Below are positions 25,700-38,831 of a stretch of 51,673 nucleotides of DNA, in pieces. Origin of the DNA: Nemertoderma westbladi (lineage: Eukaryota > Animalia > Xenacoelomorpha); NCBI GenBank assembly GCA_032718475.1, contig JAUCBJ010001128.1, forward strand, positions 1 to 51,673. Reading direction: 5' to 3'. Made by a program: the position numbers and the translations under genes. The notes below the pieces were generated by a model. The model worked only from the letters and a program-made list of their open reading frames with translations. It was not told where the DNA came from and did no database searches. The first letter of the stretch is position 1; every line of letters begins with the position of its first letter.

Positions 25700-27145
25700 T
25701 CACCGTCGACGTTTTCTACCAATGCCACCCCTCCTCCCTACACCGCTCCCCCTTCCACCACCACCGCCCCCTCTACCACAGCCCCCTCCCACCTTACTTT
25801 CCCCCTTTAACCGTAGTTTCCTCTGCACCCCCATTGCCTCCTCCGTATCATCCCCCGCTACTTCCCCCCTCCCCCGTTTCCCCCTTCTTTCCCCCGCTTC
25901 CTTCATCTGTAACTTCGCGTAACGCTGCGCTTCTGTAACGCGCTCGACCAACACCATTACTTCGTCCTCAGCCACCGGAAGTAGCGGCAGTTTCTTTCCG
26001 ATGAGCCCTTCGATCCGCTGGTACAACTCCACGTCGTACTGCGTTACCAAGGTAACCGCCTTGCCTCCGCGGCCGGCCCGGGCAGTCCGACCCACCCGGT
26101 GTATGTAATCCTTACTGTGGGTCGGTATGTCTGCGTTGATAACCACGTCGACATGTGGGATGTCCAAGCCTCGGGAAGCCACGTCCGTGGCCACCAGGAT
26201 GGACCGGCTCTTAGCGCGGAACTTATTGAGGGAAGCGAGTCGTTTCTCCTGACTCATCTGCCCGTGGAGCGGGATGGCAGTGAAGCCGAGGTTGCGTAGC
26301 AGCAGGGCGGTCCTCTGAGCGTTGTTACACGTCCCGCAAAAAACGATAAACGACATCCCGGACAAATCGTTGAGAATGTAAACCAGATAAGCGTCTTTGT
26401 ATTTGGCGGGAATAAACAAATAAGATTGTTTGAGTTTTTCCACCGTTTGGTATTTCGACGAAACTTCCACTTTCACAGGATCCACAAGCGAAGCGCGTTG
26501 GAGTTTCGCGACTTTTTTTGTCATCGTCGCGCTGTAAAGATAAGTTCTTCTCTCAGTCGGAATAACCCGTAGAATTTTATCCAACTCTTTCTCAAAGTCC
26601 ATGTTCAGTATCCGGTCTGCCTCGTCCATCACAAGGCACTTCAATCCCCGGAGGTTGAACCCTTTCGTGTGCTCAAGATGATCAACCAGCCGACCCGGTG
26701 TCGCCACTATAACGTGAGGCTTTCTCGCGAGTTGCAACGACTGCGCCATCATGTCCACCCCGCCCACCACGACGCAACACTTAACCCCGATACCGGAGCC
26801 TAACGCCGTGAACTGTTCCGAGATCTGGAAGGCCAACTCTCGCGTCGGCGTTAGAACCAACGCGAACAACCGTTGCGGCCGATCCAACAAGGCCTGGAGG
26901 ATCGGAATAGCGAATGCGCCTGTTTTACCCGACCCCGTTTCTGCCAATCCGATTATATCCTTGCCGGACAGCGCCAATGGAAGCGCTTCCGTTTGTATCG
27001 CGGTTGGTGTCGTCCATTTGAGTTGCTCGCAGGCCTCCAATAAGGGACCACATACTCCTAGTTTAGCGAACGTGTTTACGGAGTCAGTCGTAATCGGGTT
27101 CATTGGTAATCCAGCAGAATCTTCAATCGCATCATCATCATCCAT
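25700..27145 (-). CDS. DDX47: DEAD-box RNA helicase DDX47/Rrp3, intronless CDS
   Basis: Q motif, [53 protein letters not shown]; [11 protein letters not shown] and ERVTEAQR are typical of DDX47; G/R-rich tail. Confidence 0.97.
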   Translation of the reverse strand: MDDDDAIEDSAGLPMNPITTDSVNTFAKLGVCGPLLEACEQLKWTTPTAIQTEALPLALSGKDIIGLAETGSGKTGAFAIPILQALLDRPQRLFALVLTPTRELAFQISEQFTALGSGIGVKCCVVVGGVDMMAQSLQLARKPHVIVATPGRLVDHLEHTKGFNLRGLKCLVMDEADRILNMDFEKELDKILRVIPTERRTYLYSATMTKKVAKLQRASLVDPVKVEVSSKYQTVEKLKQSYLFIPAKYKDAYLVYILNDLSGMSFIVFCGTCNNAQRTALLLRNLGFTAIPLHGQMSQEKRLASLNKFRAKSRSILVATDVASRGLDIPHVDVVINADIPTHSKDYIHRVGRTARAGRGGKAVTLVTQYDVELYQRIEGLIGKKLPLLPVAEDEVMVLVERVTEAQRYAKLQMKEAGERRGKRGRGEVAGDDTEEAMGVQRKLRLKGESKVGGGCGRGGGGGGRGSGVGRRGGIGRKRRR

Positions 27146-27269
27146 TAGGCCTATGTCAGTATGTCCGCAGCTGTAGGTAGCGCGTACCGGTATATAGCAT
27201 TAAACTGTAGGGTAATGACCTGAATCCGTACCAGTCTGCCAGTCTGCCAGTGGGGGCAATTTTTTTGTC

Positions 27270-28200
27270 GATTTTCCCTATGCCCGTGGTGAAACACTTA
27301 TGCTTTTAATTACCATTCTGGCTATTTATCTATGCCTGTGGCGAAAGACTTATACTTTTATTTACCATTCTGGCCCCGTATGCTAAGTGACTTTTTTGTG
27401 CGCCGAACGCGACGCGGCGCAGAAAAAAATGTGCGCCTGCGCAGTCGAAAACAGTGCAAAATCCGCGTGCGCGGCAGAAAAACTGCGCGAGATTGGCGCG
27501 CGCAGCAGAAATTCTGCCAGTCTGCGCGAGATTGGCGCGCACAGCAGAAATACTGCGCGAAATCTCCTACCACGTACCTGCCTGCCTACTGCTGTTGTGC
27601 TGTACTGGCCTAAAGCACACCATGCAGCCAAGTAGCAAGTAGGAGGCTTATTATTTCAGTATTTCTTACAGTCTTATCTGTATTGTCATTACCCTGTTAC
27701 CGGTAGTCGGCAGACTGCCAGGGGTAGGTCTACTTACCGGTACTGACTTAGTGCTGTAGTGCAAGTCTGAGCCGTGCTATCAATTTTCTGCGCCTGCGCC
27801 TGTCGCGCCGCACTCTAAATTTTCTGCGCCTGCGCGCTGCGCGGCGCTGCGCTGCGCTCTCAATTTTCTGCGCCTGCTCCAAATTCTGGAAAAAATTGTG
27901 CGCCGAACGCGTTCGGCGTACATGCCCTACTTAGCAGAATGGATTCTGGCTATTTATCTATGCCTGTGGCGAAAGACTTATATTTTATTTACCATTCCAG
28001 CATTCTGGCTATTTATCTATGCCTGTGGCGAAAGACTTATACTTTTATTTACCATTCTGGCTATTTATCTATGCCTGTGGAGAAAGACTTATACTTTTAA
28101 TTACCATTCTGGCAGTCTGGCTATTTATCTACACATCTATGCCTGTGGAGAAAAACTTATACGTTTAAGTTTAATTACCATTCTGCTACTTATCTATGCC
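27270..28200. repeat. About 55-bp tandem repeat array upstream of DDX47, split by a MITE
   Basis: Unit TTACCATTCTGGCTATTTATCTATGCCTGTGGCGAAAGACTTATACTTTTA at 27310-27374 and 27943-28200. Confidence 0.85.
27375..27942. mobile_element. Non-autonomous DNA transposon with 8-bp TSD (hAT/P-like size)
   Basis: ATTCTGGC at 27367-27374 and 27943-27950; imperfect 14-bp TIR CCCGTATGCTAAGT / ACTTAGCAGAATGG; GC-rich subterminal repeats. Confidence 0.75.
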
Positions 28201-28219
28201 AGCCTGCCTGCCTGCCTGC

Positions 28220-28635
28220 GGGAAAGGAGCAGGTTACAGAGACGGGATTTTCTAACCAAAACAATAAACGATAACATTTACCAATTGAGAGAAAGGAGCA
28301 GGTTACAGAGGCGGGATTTCCTAACCAAAACAATAAACGATCACTTAATTAATTGATGGAAAGGGGCAGGTTACAGAGGTGGGATTTCTAACCAAAACAA
28401 TAAACAGTCACTTTACAAAATGAAGGAAAGGAGCAGGGTACAGAGGCGGGCCTTTTCTAACCAAAACAATAAACAGTCACTTTACAAAATGAAGGAAAGG
28501 AGCAGGTTACAGAGGCGGGCCTTTCTGCCTTTTCTAACCAAAACAATAAACGGTCACTTTACCAAATCAGGCAAAGGAGCAGGTTACAGATTTTCTAACT
28601 ACTGAACTACGCGGCATTTTCTAACCAAAACAACC
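28220..28635 (+). repeat. About 68-bp tandem repeat (about 6 copies)
   Basis: AAAGGAGCAGGTTACAGAGGCGGG..TTCTAACCAAAACAATAAAC repeated. Confidence 0.88.
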
Positions 28636-30707
28636 GGTCAGCCGGTAGGCCTACCAGTACCGTATTTAAATGGTAGGCTACACAGTAGGCATACAGCAGT
28701 ACTGCAGTACCGGTGCCGGTACCGGTACGGAATGCTGTACAGCTACAGCAGTAATTACAGTAGACATACCCTCCTGCCCTCCATATCCATTGCACAATGT
28801 ACTGGTCACTGGACATATGACAGTATGATTTAGGCCTATGTGTTGTGTGTAGTCCACCTCAGGCTGTCAGGCAGTCCAGTCAGGACTGCAGGAGAAGTGC
28901 GTACTTCATGAAAAATATACATTGGGACAATATTTTTTCTCACGTGCTGCACGAAGGGAAAAACTATCTCTCATGACAAATTTTTTTAACATCATTAAGT
29001 ACCTATGCTGGACTGTCTGTATATCGAATTTCAGTTATATTTAATGAAAATTGAGTAAATGTCGCTCATTTTAAAATTAGATTTTTTACAAAAAATATAA
29101 GAACTTGAGTTTGTGACGTGCTGCGCGAAGCGGTATTAGCAATAAATTGAAATTTTTGTTTTCCAAGTTGGTCACTATACTGCTATAGGTTGAACAAAGC
29201 CTGTTAAAATTTTAGGAGCGTTCTGATAAAAAATGTTGACAGGGGAGAGGAGATTATCACTGGTCAGCTGGTACGGATTCAGGATAGAGCAGTAGAGCCA
29301 ACTGTAGGCCTACTGCAGTCAGGGAGTCTGGCAGTAGCAGGGCTGGCAAAGTAGGTTTTTTAGCACCTAGGTTTTTTTTACAGTTTTTGGCTTTTTTAAA
29401 TAGGCCTAGGCCTAACCTATTTTTGAAAATTTCATCAAAAATAGGTTTTTTAGGTTTTTTTAGTTAAATGTGCTTTAAAATAGGGCTTTTGCCTTTTGGG
29501 ACAACTTTGCCCAATATTTTCTTGATCAACATAAACACTGTTTGTCAGCTATTAATTAATTAATTAATTACCCGGTAATAATTAATTTGTGCACTACTGT
29601 ACTAAATGTACTAGTGTTAGTGTACAGCAGTACAGAGCATTACAGCATTAATAGAGGAAATTTTAACAGTACACATTGTATAGCGTAATTCCATCCAAAT
29701 TCGACAAATCGTGGTGGCATGGGGTCATCGACTTCGTTTATTTTTGGATATATGGTCGGAAATGGTATCAAATGACACCTGATGAAATATTTCTGATGAT
29801 GGTGTATTGGTTTTCGAGATATTGCAGTTCAAAGTTTGCGATTTATTCGAACATATCCCCAATGAAACCTACAGAAAATCTTTCTGACTAGTGGGTGGAT
29901 GGTGGAGTGTCATTTTATATTTATTGTACACATAAATAGGTATCATACACATTAAAACCATGAATAAATACCACCCACTTGTCAGACCAACTTTTCTATG
30001 TGGCCAAAGATTGGACTTTTCGACAAATTTTGTCTTTTTGAGGCTTGAGTTAGAGTGGTCTGATTAGTGGGTAGCCCAAAACATTTAGTAAATAGTTAGA
30101 TATACCAAAGGGGGTTCTGTGGTACAATTTTCATGTACCACCAGCAAGTCAGACTTCCATACCATCATCTGGAAAATTGAAACTTTCCAAAATTGCCATA
30201 CTTCGGAACATCACTGTAAGCGTCTGATAAAAGATGAGTGCTTGAAATGAATCATGTGTACAGGTAGTAACATGGATAAGGGAAACATGCATGACAATTT
30301 TCGGATCCCACCCATGCCTTCTTTAGTATATATTATTCAATTTAAAAGTTCAATTTTCAAAATTAATCGTCAGATTAAATACTTTAGAACCAAGGTCTGC
30401 TTACGAGGTTGCTCTCATAACCAGCACACATTAAGTATTTAAATGTTTTAGACACAATATAGGCTGTTTTTTTCACCACCCACTTGTCAGATATTTTATG
30501 TGTAACAAACAATTGTAAATAATTTTACCATATTATTGACTAATTTCAATACCCAATGAGTTATATACCTTCTGATACTATTAATTATTATATCATAATA
30601 GCCATTTATTGTAATTTATCTGTAATGCCATTTATTTGCACTTGCACTGTTGTAACCCATGCATAATTCTAAATAAAATGCTCACGCAAAATGCAATATT
30701 TTTCTTC

Positions 30708-31157
30708 GCAATATTTTTCAACACTCGATATTTTTACTCTCGATATTTTTACTCTCGATGTTTTTCAACACTCGATATTTTTACTCTCGATATTTTTCAA
30801 CACTCGATATTTTTCAACACTCGTTATTTTCGATGTTTTTCACTCGTTATTTTTACTCTCGATATTTTTACTCTCGATATTTTTCAACACTCGATATTTT
30901 TCAACACTCGATATTTTTCAACACTGGATATTTTTCAACACTCGATATTTTTCAACACTGGATATTTTTCAACACTCGATATTTTTACTCTCGATATTTT
31001 TCAACACTCGTTATTTTCGATATTTTTCATCTCGCGTTATTTTTACTCTCGATATTTTTTAATCACATTAATTTTCAACACTCGTTATTTTTACTCTCGA
31101 TATTTTTACTCTCGTTATTTTTACTCTCGATATTTTTCAAGTCTCGATATTTTTCAC
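30708..31157. repeat. 15-17-bp minisatellite
   Basis: Mixed CTCGATATTTTTCAACA and CTCGATATTTTTACT units. Confidence 0.92.
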
Positions 31158-33436
31158 CATTACCGTCTGGAGTGGCCAAGAGTCACCAAGACTTTGTGGG
31201 TCTTGGAGTTTATTGAGAGACATTGGCTTGGCTTCTCTTGGTGTAATTTGAGACTTTTGTTAATTCTTGTTAGTAATTGAGGATTCTTGTCAGATCTTCG
31301 CAAGAATGTTTAAGGCGGGGCTTCGTTCAAGAACTCAGAGTACAGAACTGCCTAACATTATTTTATGCTTTTAATATTGTGATGCTAGATTGTGGCATAG
31401 GCCTACATTGACTGCTTGCAAATGAAAATAGTGATCTTCAATGCAAATTAACCGCAAGTGAAATAAAGTCTCGTTTATTATTTTAGTTAGAAAGCAATTC
31501 CACTGTAACCTGCTACTTTCCCTTAATGTTTAAATTAAATTAAATTAATTCTTCAAACCCAATAATCACATACTGTACTGTAGTTGGTATTTGCGGTCAT
31601 TTTACGCCATTGACTTTGTGATGAATGAGCTACAGGTAGCTAGTAATAAAAAATATGCGGTATCTTAAAGTGATTTGAATGTTAGTTGCGTTGCGCCAGT
31701 TTTTTTAACTTCATTAAGAAATATTAGGCTTTTTAGCCAATTTATATTGAAAACAGGGGAATTATTATTTGGTCAAGTAATTTGGAAAGGAAGACAAATG
31801 CGAAGGGAAATTGATATACAGTAAAGCTAACATTTAAATCTTGAGTTATGTTGTTGTTTAAAACAGTGAGATATTACCTTCACCATCAGCAGATATACTT
31901 TAACTACCTAATTGAATGGACCAGGCATGTCATCAGCGGTTCATCAGTGAGGGGGGTTGGTATATTCGAATCAAATGCAGCCATTTACTACAGTATTAAG
32001 ATTAACTACGTTTAGTTGCTGTGTGCGTACTTGGGAATTTCCATAAATTAAAGGGTATAACTTTTCGCCGTATCCGTATCCGTATGCATTTGCCGTATCC
32101 GTATGTACATACGCGTATGTGCATATGTACAGTAATGGATTCCTATGGAAAATAATCCGTATGTGATTTTAGAGATTAGGCATTGCATTGCGGTAGTAAG
32201 AAGTACACAGCACAGTACTTTAGTAGAAGTACACAGTACTTTATTCAAGTATAACTGATTCCTGGCCCGCCGCCTCCACCCTCCACTGATAATTTAAAAT
32301 CGTAACTCATTCAATCTTTGACTAAATTATACCAAACTTGGTAAACATGTAATCTTGTCTATCGGCTAAAATAAACACAACGTGCTAAAGTTTCCCCTAT
32401 AATGTTTTTTCCTATAGAACAGGAGGCAGTTTTATTTTAGTACTAAACAAGCTGTTATTTGCGTCGATTTTCACCTGGAGAGGGAAGAATATTGATTCCC
32501 CCCCCCCCCCCCTACCTGCAGTTAAGTGAAAACATTTCGGCACCATTTAATTTTATTATCACGGTCGCGCATCAAGTAGTATGTCAATAGATAGGCTACA
32601 GTTCATTATAAACATAACAAAATTAATTCTAATAATTCTAAAAATATACATTGACAAGACTTATAAAATAATTGTTGTTGAATAATTATTATTAAGATCA
32701 AAATATATTATTAGGAATTCGAAGAAAGCAAATTGTATTGAGTTAGTATTGGCAAGTTAATCTCACAAACCAGTCTAGTCTAACTTTAGAGTAGCCTTGT
32801 TCGCATTGTTCCAGGTTTAGGCCTATACTGTAGATTCCACATCATTCTGAATCATTCTGTAGATTCTTCGTTCCAGGTTTAATACTGTAATAGACTCCGT
32901 TATCTGCCTCGATCGCTTCGCTATGTACCATCTTACTGGGTTTAATAAACTCCACCGCCTTCCTTCCCTTGGTTGCGTGTTTAATACTGTAATAGACTCC
33001 GTCGCCATCGTACAGGATCGTACCGGGTATGTTGTATCGTTCTGGATACATTGAATAGACTCCATTGTCCATCGCGATCGTTTCATTGTTTATGTTGAAT
33101 TCTGTAATTGACTCCGTCGCCTCCTCGGATTAGGAATCCGGCCGGGTTTCGTAGATTCCGTTTATTGGTTTGGTTAGAAAAGACCGTCTATGTAACCTGC
33201 TCCTTTCTCTTAAATTGAAGAAATGCATAGATAAAAAGTCATTCTGCGGACAACAAAAGTATTATGTAAAATTCATAAGCAAATTGCGAACAAAAAGTCA
33301 GATGAACGGACATAAAAAATAACTGCCAAAAAGTATTATCCTTTATGCTGCCTGTACAGTATGTATGTGGTAAAATGAACTTAGATCCTATGTATAGGGT
33401 ATAAGTCACAAACAACTAAAAAATTTTTGCAACTAT

Positions 33437-33565
33437 AGGGGAGTTATCTCAGCCTAAGGGGAGTGTTCTCAGCCTAGGCTGAGTAGACTGGGGAGTGTAT
33501 TCTCAGCCTAGGCTGAGATATCTGGGGAGTCATGTTTGGTGGGGAGTTACAGTATCTCAGCCTGT
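33437..33565. repeat. Short GGGGAGT/CTCAGCCTAGGCTGAG repeat cluster
   Basis: Four CTCAGCCT and five GGGGAGT copies, including two perfect palindromes CTCAGCCTAGGCTGAG. Confidence 0.7.
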
Positions 33566-34305
33566 TATAATCCGTGGGGGTGGGGGCCTCCTTTTGCCTT
33601 ATCGTGGTTCGAGGGTATAAAGTGGAGAAGTGGATTGAAGTTCGAGGATGGTGCTGGGTTGCCGAAGTGTTACATTTTATGCGTTTTCATTTTAACGTGC
33701 AATCGCAGCTAGAGAACGAAGATTAGACTGACATTAAGTCTGAAAGTTAACATTTTATTCATTATCAACATTATTTTGATGTGTATTATTATTACTGATT
33801 TAATTTTTGTCTTTATTCTAGAATATAAATTATTATTTTAGTTGATCTTTTAAAACTCTCCATCTTGTTTCTTCATATTAAGCGTAATTAATATTCTAGA
33901 ATTGATTAGGCCTAAAAAACATTAAAAATATCAATTTACTTGTAAAAAAAAATCAGTAATAGAATAGGCTACGGGGCACTGGGCAGCTGGGGGGTACCGT
34001 ACAGCAGTACAGGGAGGGGTAGGCCTATTAATTACCTTTACCGTATATATTTTTAGTACGGATATTATGCATATGCAGATATGGTAACTGGGTAATGTTG
34101 TTGTAATCAGGTAATGCTGTAATGGTCAACCAGTCAGTTTCTTTATGCAGTTATGGATGGCATTGCAGTTGCAGTTGCAACCAGCAACATTGGTTTGACA
34201 CGTCAGTACGTTGACATAGGAAGAAACTAAGAAATAGGCCTAACGAACTTAACTAGCCTACGACAGTACGAAACAAAACAAACATAAAACGGAAGGGATG
34301 TCCAG

Positions 34306-36216
34306 ATGTCTGCGTTTTACAAAAGGTCTCGTAGTCCAAGTCCCAATCCCAATAACGACCCCCCAAAGCGATGTAAAACTCTGAAAGCTTTGACGGAAGA
34401 GCCTTGCCCTAACGATAATGTGCCCGACCCCGACCCTGCATTTAGTCCTACTGCTAATGGACCTTTTTCTCCCCTTCAAAAAAATGCTTGCGGCCTGAAC
34501 ATTCTACATAATTTGCAACGCGTCTCAACATTCGTAGAACGACTAAATCAGCAATGTATTTACTACAAAAATAAGGGTTATGAGTATCGGCAAAATGCCA
34601 TAAGAATGATGCACACACAAGATGCCCAACTATGTAGACAGACCGCGTCTCCTTCAACCGCAGTTACAAATGCAGCATCCGGTCTTATCGTACAGTCACT
34701 GATCCGGGAAGATGATGTCCCGGAATTGTGTGGATCTGCCACACCTGACTGCCGTTTATTCCAAAATCAAGTGCTCCAGAACATTGGTCCTAGGCAACCC
34801 GCTCAGTCGCCTATACGCGTTGTAATAAAGAGTCTCATAGCACCAATTGCGTCGCCCATCACACAACCCTCTTCCACCATTTGCACATCGGATATATTAA
34901 GTGCCACTACTGCCGTATCAAAGTCATTGGTGGACACGAGTGGCACATTAGTGACATCATTATTGGTCAAATCGGCTACCACCAGTGCCACAGTCCCATT
35001 GCCTTCATTAGGAGGAAATGATTCTTCTACTCCATCCGTCGATACTATCGAAAGTGGTTTACCGCTGGTTTGTGCCACTTGGCGTTCTAATTCACCCGTA
35101 GTGCGTAATGTAACGAAATCATTTAGCACGCCTCGTAACAGTGAGACTGCGGACATTTTGGAACCAAATGTGTCTGAAAATACAAACCGTCGTCGCACAG
35201 CCAGTGGTCATTCCCCGGACATTGATGTATTCGAACGTACAACTCATAAACTCGGACGAACGCTACGCGAAGCCAGTTGCACATCTGATGTCGATCACGC
35301 ATCTGTTATTGTTGGACATGATCCTTGCAGGTCGAGTTTACCACATCACCCATCACACATAATCCTTACACCGGGTAACTTTAGTTTCGCTGAGGTTGTA
35401 GATTTAACAAGTGATGATATAATTACTACGACTCAAAGCTATTCTTCACCGCCTCCATCTTCAGAGGTGGATACTACACATTGTACTAACTTCTCAGACA
35501 ACAGTACTAACTTCTCACACACCAGTACTAACTTCTCACACACCAGTACTAACTTCTCACACACCAGTACTAACTTCTCACACACCTCACTCAGCCCACA
35601 TGGGCGTATAACGAGCAGCAAACGACCAGCAATACCTGGAAGACTTAAAGAAAATGATTCTGATGCTGTTTTAAATGGTTCGTTCAATCAACTTGAGGAT
35701 TTCGTAGACAATGACGGAATCGTGCCAAATACAGTGGATGGTATTGTCGATTCAAAGAATCACAACAGTCGACCATGCGAGGACGAAGACCCGGAAATAT
35801 CCATCATGGATGCGCCGGTGAACGGTGTCCAAATCATTTCAGCTGTTGCGGCCCCGCCTCCCGCATTACCGAATCCCACACCGCGCAGTTTGGCCAGCCT
35901 CTCGCGGCCTCCCAAACCTGTGGTCACTCTCACCTGGTGCCCCGAAGGAATTGTTGTCAGGTGGTCTTTATTGAATCCCCACGGTATAGTTCACTACCAG
36001 TTGTGGTCGTACACTAATAGGACTGTTAATATATCTGTTGCTAAAAATAGCAATCAATGTTGGTCTCTGGTTGAAACAATTGATGCACTTCCATTACCAA
36101 TGGCGTGCACTTTGACTACTAGCTTTAAGGGTAAGACGTATTATTTTGCCATCAGAGGTGTTACGGGCGATAACATTGAAGGGTTTTGGTCTAATCCAGT
36201 ATATACACACCGGTAA
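34306..36216 (+). CDS. ATF7IP/MCAF/Windei-family protein with C-terminal fibronectin type III domain, single-exon ORF
   Basis: 636-aa ORF with low-complexity S/T/P middle and C-terminal PPKP..GIVVRW..YQLWSY..W..IDALPLPMACTL..TYYFAIRG, the family-typical FN3 signature. Confidence 0.85.
   Translation: MSAFYKRSRSPSPNPNNDPPKRCKTLKALTEEPCPNDNVPDPDPAFSPTANGPFSPLQKNACGLNILHNLQRVSTFVERLNQQCIYYKNKGYEYRQNAIRMMHTQDAQLCRQTASPSTAVTNAASGLIVQSLIREDDVPELCGSATPDCRLFQNQVLQNIGPRQPAQSPIRVVIKSLIAPIASPITQPSSTICTSDILSATTAVSKSLVDTSGTLVTSLLVKSATTSATVPLPSLGGNDSSTPSVDTIESGLPLVCATWRSNSPVVRNVTKSFSTPRNSETADILEPNVSENTNRRRTASGHSPDIDVFERTTHKLGRTLREASCTSDVDHASVIVGHDPCRSSLPHHPSHIILTPGNFSFAEVVDLTSDDIITTTQSYSSPPPSSEVDTTHCTNFSDNSTNFSHTSTNFSHTSTNFSHTSTNFSHTSLSPHGRITSSKRPAIPGRLKENDSDAVLNGSFNQLEDFVDNDGIVPNTVDGIVDSKNHNSRPCEDEDPEISIMDAPVNGVQIISAVAAPPPALPNPTPRSLASLSRPPKPVVTLTWCPEGIVVRWSLLNPHGIVHYQLWSYTNRTVNISVAKNSNQCWSLVETIDALPLPMACTLTTSFKGKTYYFAIRGVTGDNIEGFWSNPVYTHR
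35484..35585 (+). repeat. 21-bp in-frame coding repeat (STNFSHT, about 4.5 copies)
   Basis: AGTACTAACTTCTCACACACC tandem copies. Confidence 0.9.
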
Positions 36217-37134
36217 TTAATAAATATCCTTTGGTAAAACTAAACCAATGGCCCAATTCCAATTATGTCTTCAGATGCGCATCTATAACATTCTAAGTTT
36301 CTTTAATAAATTTATATAGTGACTGGAGTCATCGGTAAGAGCAGGGAATTAATTTTCAAATTGATATTTTTTATGGTGCTAGGAGTCACTGGGGAAACAG
36401 GACACAAATCCCATCTCGGCGAAATAATATCTTGTCTCAATGTTAAAATATCAATTAAGGGAAAGGAGCAGGTTACATGGAAACGCTATTCTAACTAAAA
36501 CAATAAACTAACGCTCTTCTAACTAAAACAATAAATTAACGCTATTCTAAATAAAACAATAAACGCCTATAGACAATGTTACAGTTTTATTTTTGAGAGT
36601 AATCAGCTGTTATTTGCGTCGGAGTTGGAGTCTGTGCGTCGGAGTTTGTGCCTATGGAGTTGGAGAGGGATACGTTTTCATTTCGTCTATCTGTAATTTA
36701 AAAGCCATTTGGTTTAGCTTTATCGGAAATTATAAGGCTAGACGAAACAGTTTATCTTTAATACTCGGACAGAATTGTTTAGCTTGTAATAATGGTATTT
36801 GGGTTTAGCAATATATATTTAAGTTTATTTTCTTGTATATTGTATTATATTATGTTATATTGTATATTTTAACGTTGTTCACAATGTATGATTGTTTTCA
36901 TTGAATTAATAATTCAATTTTCTTGCTATCGTCGTATTACATTATTTGTTTTTTATTTATTTCATGTCTTACAGCGACATTAGGCTATCAATTAATTTTC
37001 ATCATGAAAAATTGCACAACTAAGCATTGCTCGAATTTTGTTATTGCAGACACAAATAGCTTTCATTTTTTTATACCAAAAACGTATAAATTGATTGAAA
37101 AATACCAAAGGATTTGTGATTTTAAATACATATT

Positions 37135-37672
37135 TCCCTCGTGCCCAACGCGGTCCCATTCCACGTCAACGGCCCGCAACCGATCCCATTGCGATGCACG
37201 TGGAGGTTAAGGAGGAACTCAACTCCATGGTCGCGCGCGGTTTATTCGAACGCGTAATGGATGCAACCGAGTGGGTTCACCCCTTAACCATGGCCTGCAA
37301 GCCCAACGGAAAAGCTGCGGGTCTGCGTCGACTTGCGCAACCTGAACGCACAGGTGCAGCGACCACTGTACTCGACACCGAACCCACGCCTCGCGGTGGC
37401 TGATGTCTCCTCGAGCGCACAGTTCTTCAGCGTGTTCGACGCCTCCTCCGGGTACTGGCAGGTCCCCCTCGACGCGGAGTCCCAACTCCTAACAATGTTT
37501 ATAACCCCCCGGGGCCGCTATAAACACCTGTGAAGCATTTTGGGTCTTAACGCATCGGGGGACGAGTACAACCGACGGGGTGACGACGCGCTGCAAGGTC
37601 TCCCACGTTTGGTGAAAGTCGTGGATGACATACTCCTCTACGATGACTCATATGAGGAACACGTCGCCCAAT
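37135..37672 (+). pseudogene. Ty3/Gypsy reverse transcriptase fragment
   Basis: VKEELNSM..ATEWVHPL..KPNGK[fs]LRVCVDLRNLN..FSVFDASSGYWQVPL..TMFITPRGRY..VKVVDDILLY; one frameshift and one stop. Confidence 0.92.
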
Positions 37673-37794
37673 GGCTATTGTACATACAGTAGTTTATTAC
37701 GCCTTGTGACCTGTAGATGGCGCTAGGCTAGATTTATTGTCTTTATGGGATATATGCATGATGCAGCGCGCGTACTGCCACTAGTATGTCTCTG

Positions 37795-38063
37795 TTAGTT
37801 GAAACAAAATTGGAACATAATTGAAACAAATTAGGAGCCACGTAATGGTGTCCTACCTATGCTATGTATGCCAGTGAAACAAATTTGAAACAAATTAGGA
37901 GGGCCGTAATGATATTCTACCGGAGAATTGGAACAATGATGGGCTATGGAGCTCAAAAAATTGGAACAATGTTAAGTATGCCAGTGAAACTAATTTGAAA
38001 CAAATTAGGAGAGCCGTAATGATAGCCTACCGGAAGAATTGGAACAATGATGGGCTACGGAGC
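37795..38063. repeat. About 111-bp tandem repeat (about 2.5 copies)
   Basis: GTATGCCAGTGAAAC.AATTTGAAACAAATTAGGAG.GCCGTAATGATA at about 37866 and 37976. Confidence 0.8.
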
Positions 38064-38709
38064 TGCCTGGGTTGTTTGGCTGAACCAGTGGTGGCACGGA
38101 TGAGGGGGTAAGAAAAGGGGTAAGGATCTAAAAATAGGAAGCTTCTTGCATTGCTACGGCTACCGGTACCTTGCTTGGCCTCTAGGCTGGCACTGGCATA
38201 ACCCTTATTTTCGCATACGAATAAAGGTAATGTTTTAAAGATCTGATGTGTAAAACGCGTTTTTGTGTAGTGATGTTTACGATATTATAATTAAACTAAC
38301 TCACTAACTATCTCACATTTATTTAATAATATATGGTAAAAAAAGCAACCAACCTATTAATTATAATAATTTACATAATAGTTATCGAATGTTCTAGGAT
38401 GTAAATACTTAGCATTATTTTATAGGAAACTATTATCAAAAAACGGTTCTTGTAAAAAAGGTTTTGGCGAAAACTGTTACGGCATGTATTTCTATTTTCT
38501 GCTACGGCATGATTGCTCCGAGAATGTTTGCCGTGGAGTCTGAATAAGGTAGAAAAAGTAGGGGTGGGTGTGTTTGTTAGGTTCGGGCGGTCGGTGCGGG
38601 TAAATATATATAAGTATTGGTGTTATGGCCGGGGAATATGCAGTTTGGGGTACCCACACGGCCATTGGATTTTTATACTGTATGAAACTCGCTGGTTTAC
38701 AGTAGTGGC

Positions 38710-38831
38710 GGCCTCAACCATAATTAAAATTGTCATGTAACCCAAAGTCATAATCTAAGAAATTTAGCGGAATTTCTTAGATTATGACTTAGGGTTAGGG
38801 TTACATGACAGTTTTAATTATGGTTGAGGCC
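38710..38831. repeat. 122-bp foldback/palindromic mini-element
   Basis: GGCCTCAACCATAATTAAAA.TGTCATGTAACCC..AGTCATAATCTAAGAAATT mirrored on the right; right arm has an extra TTAGGG. Confidence 0.88.

Noticed and set aside
29240-30520. Probable non-autonomous transposon fragments
   Set aside because: Look repeat-like but I could not define paired termini or TSDs.
30636-31280. Three overlapping F/S/I-rich ORFs
   Set aside because: Translations of the 15-17-bp minisatellite.
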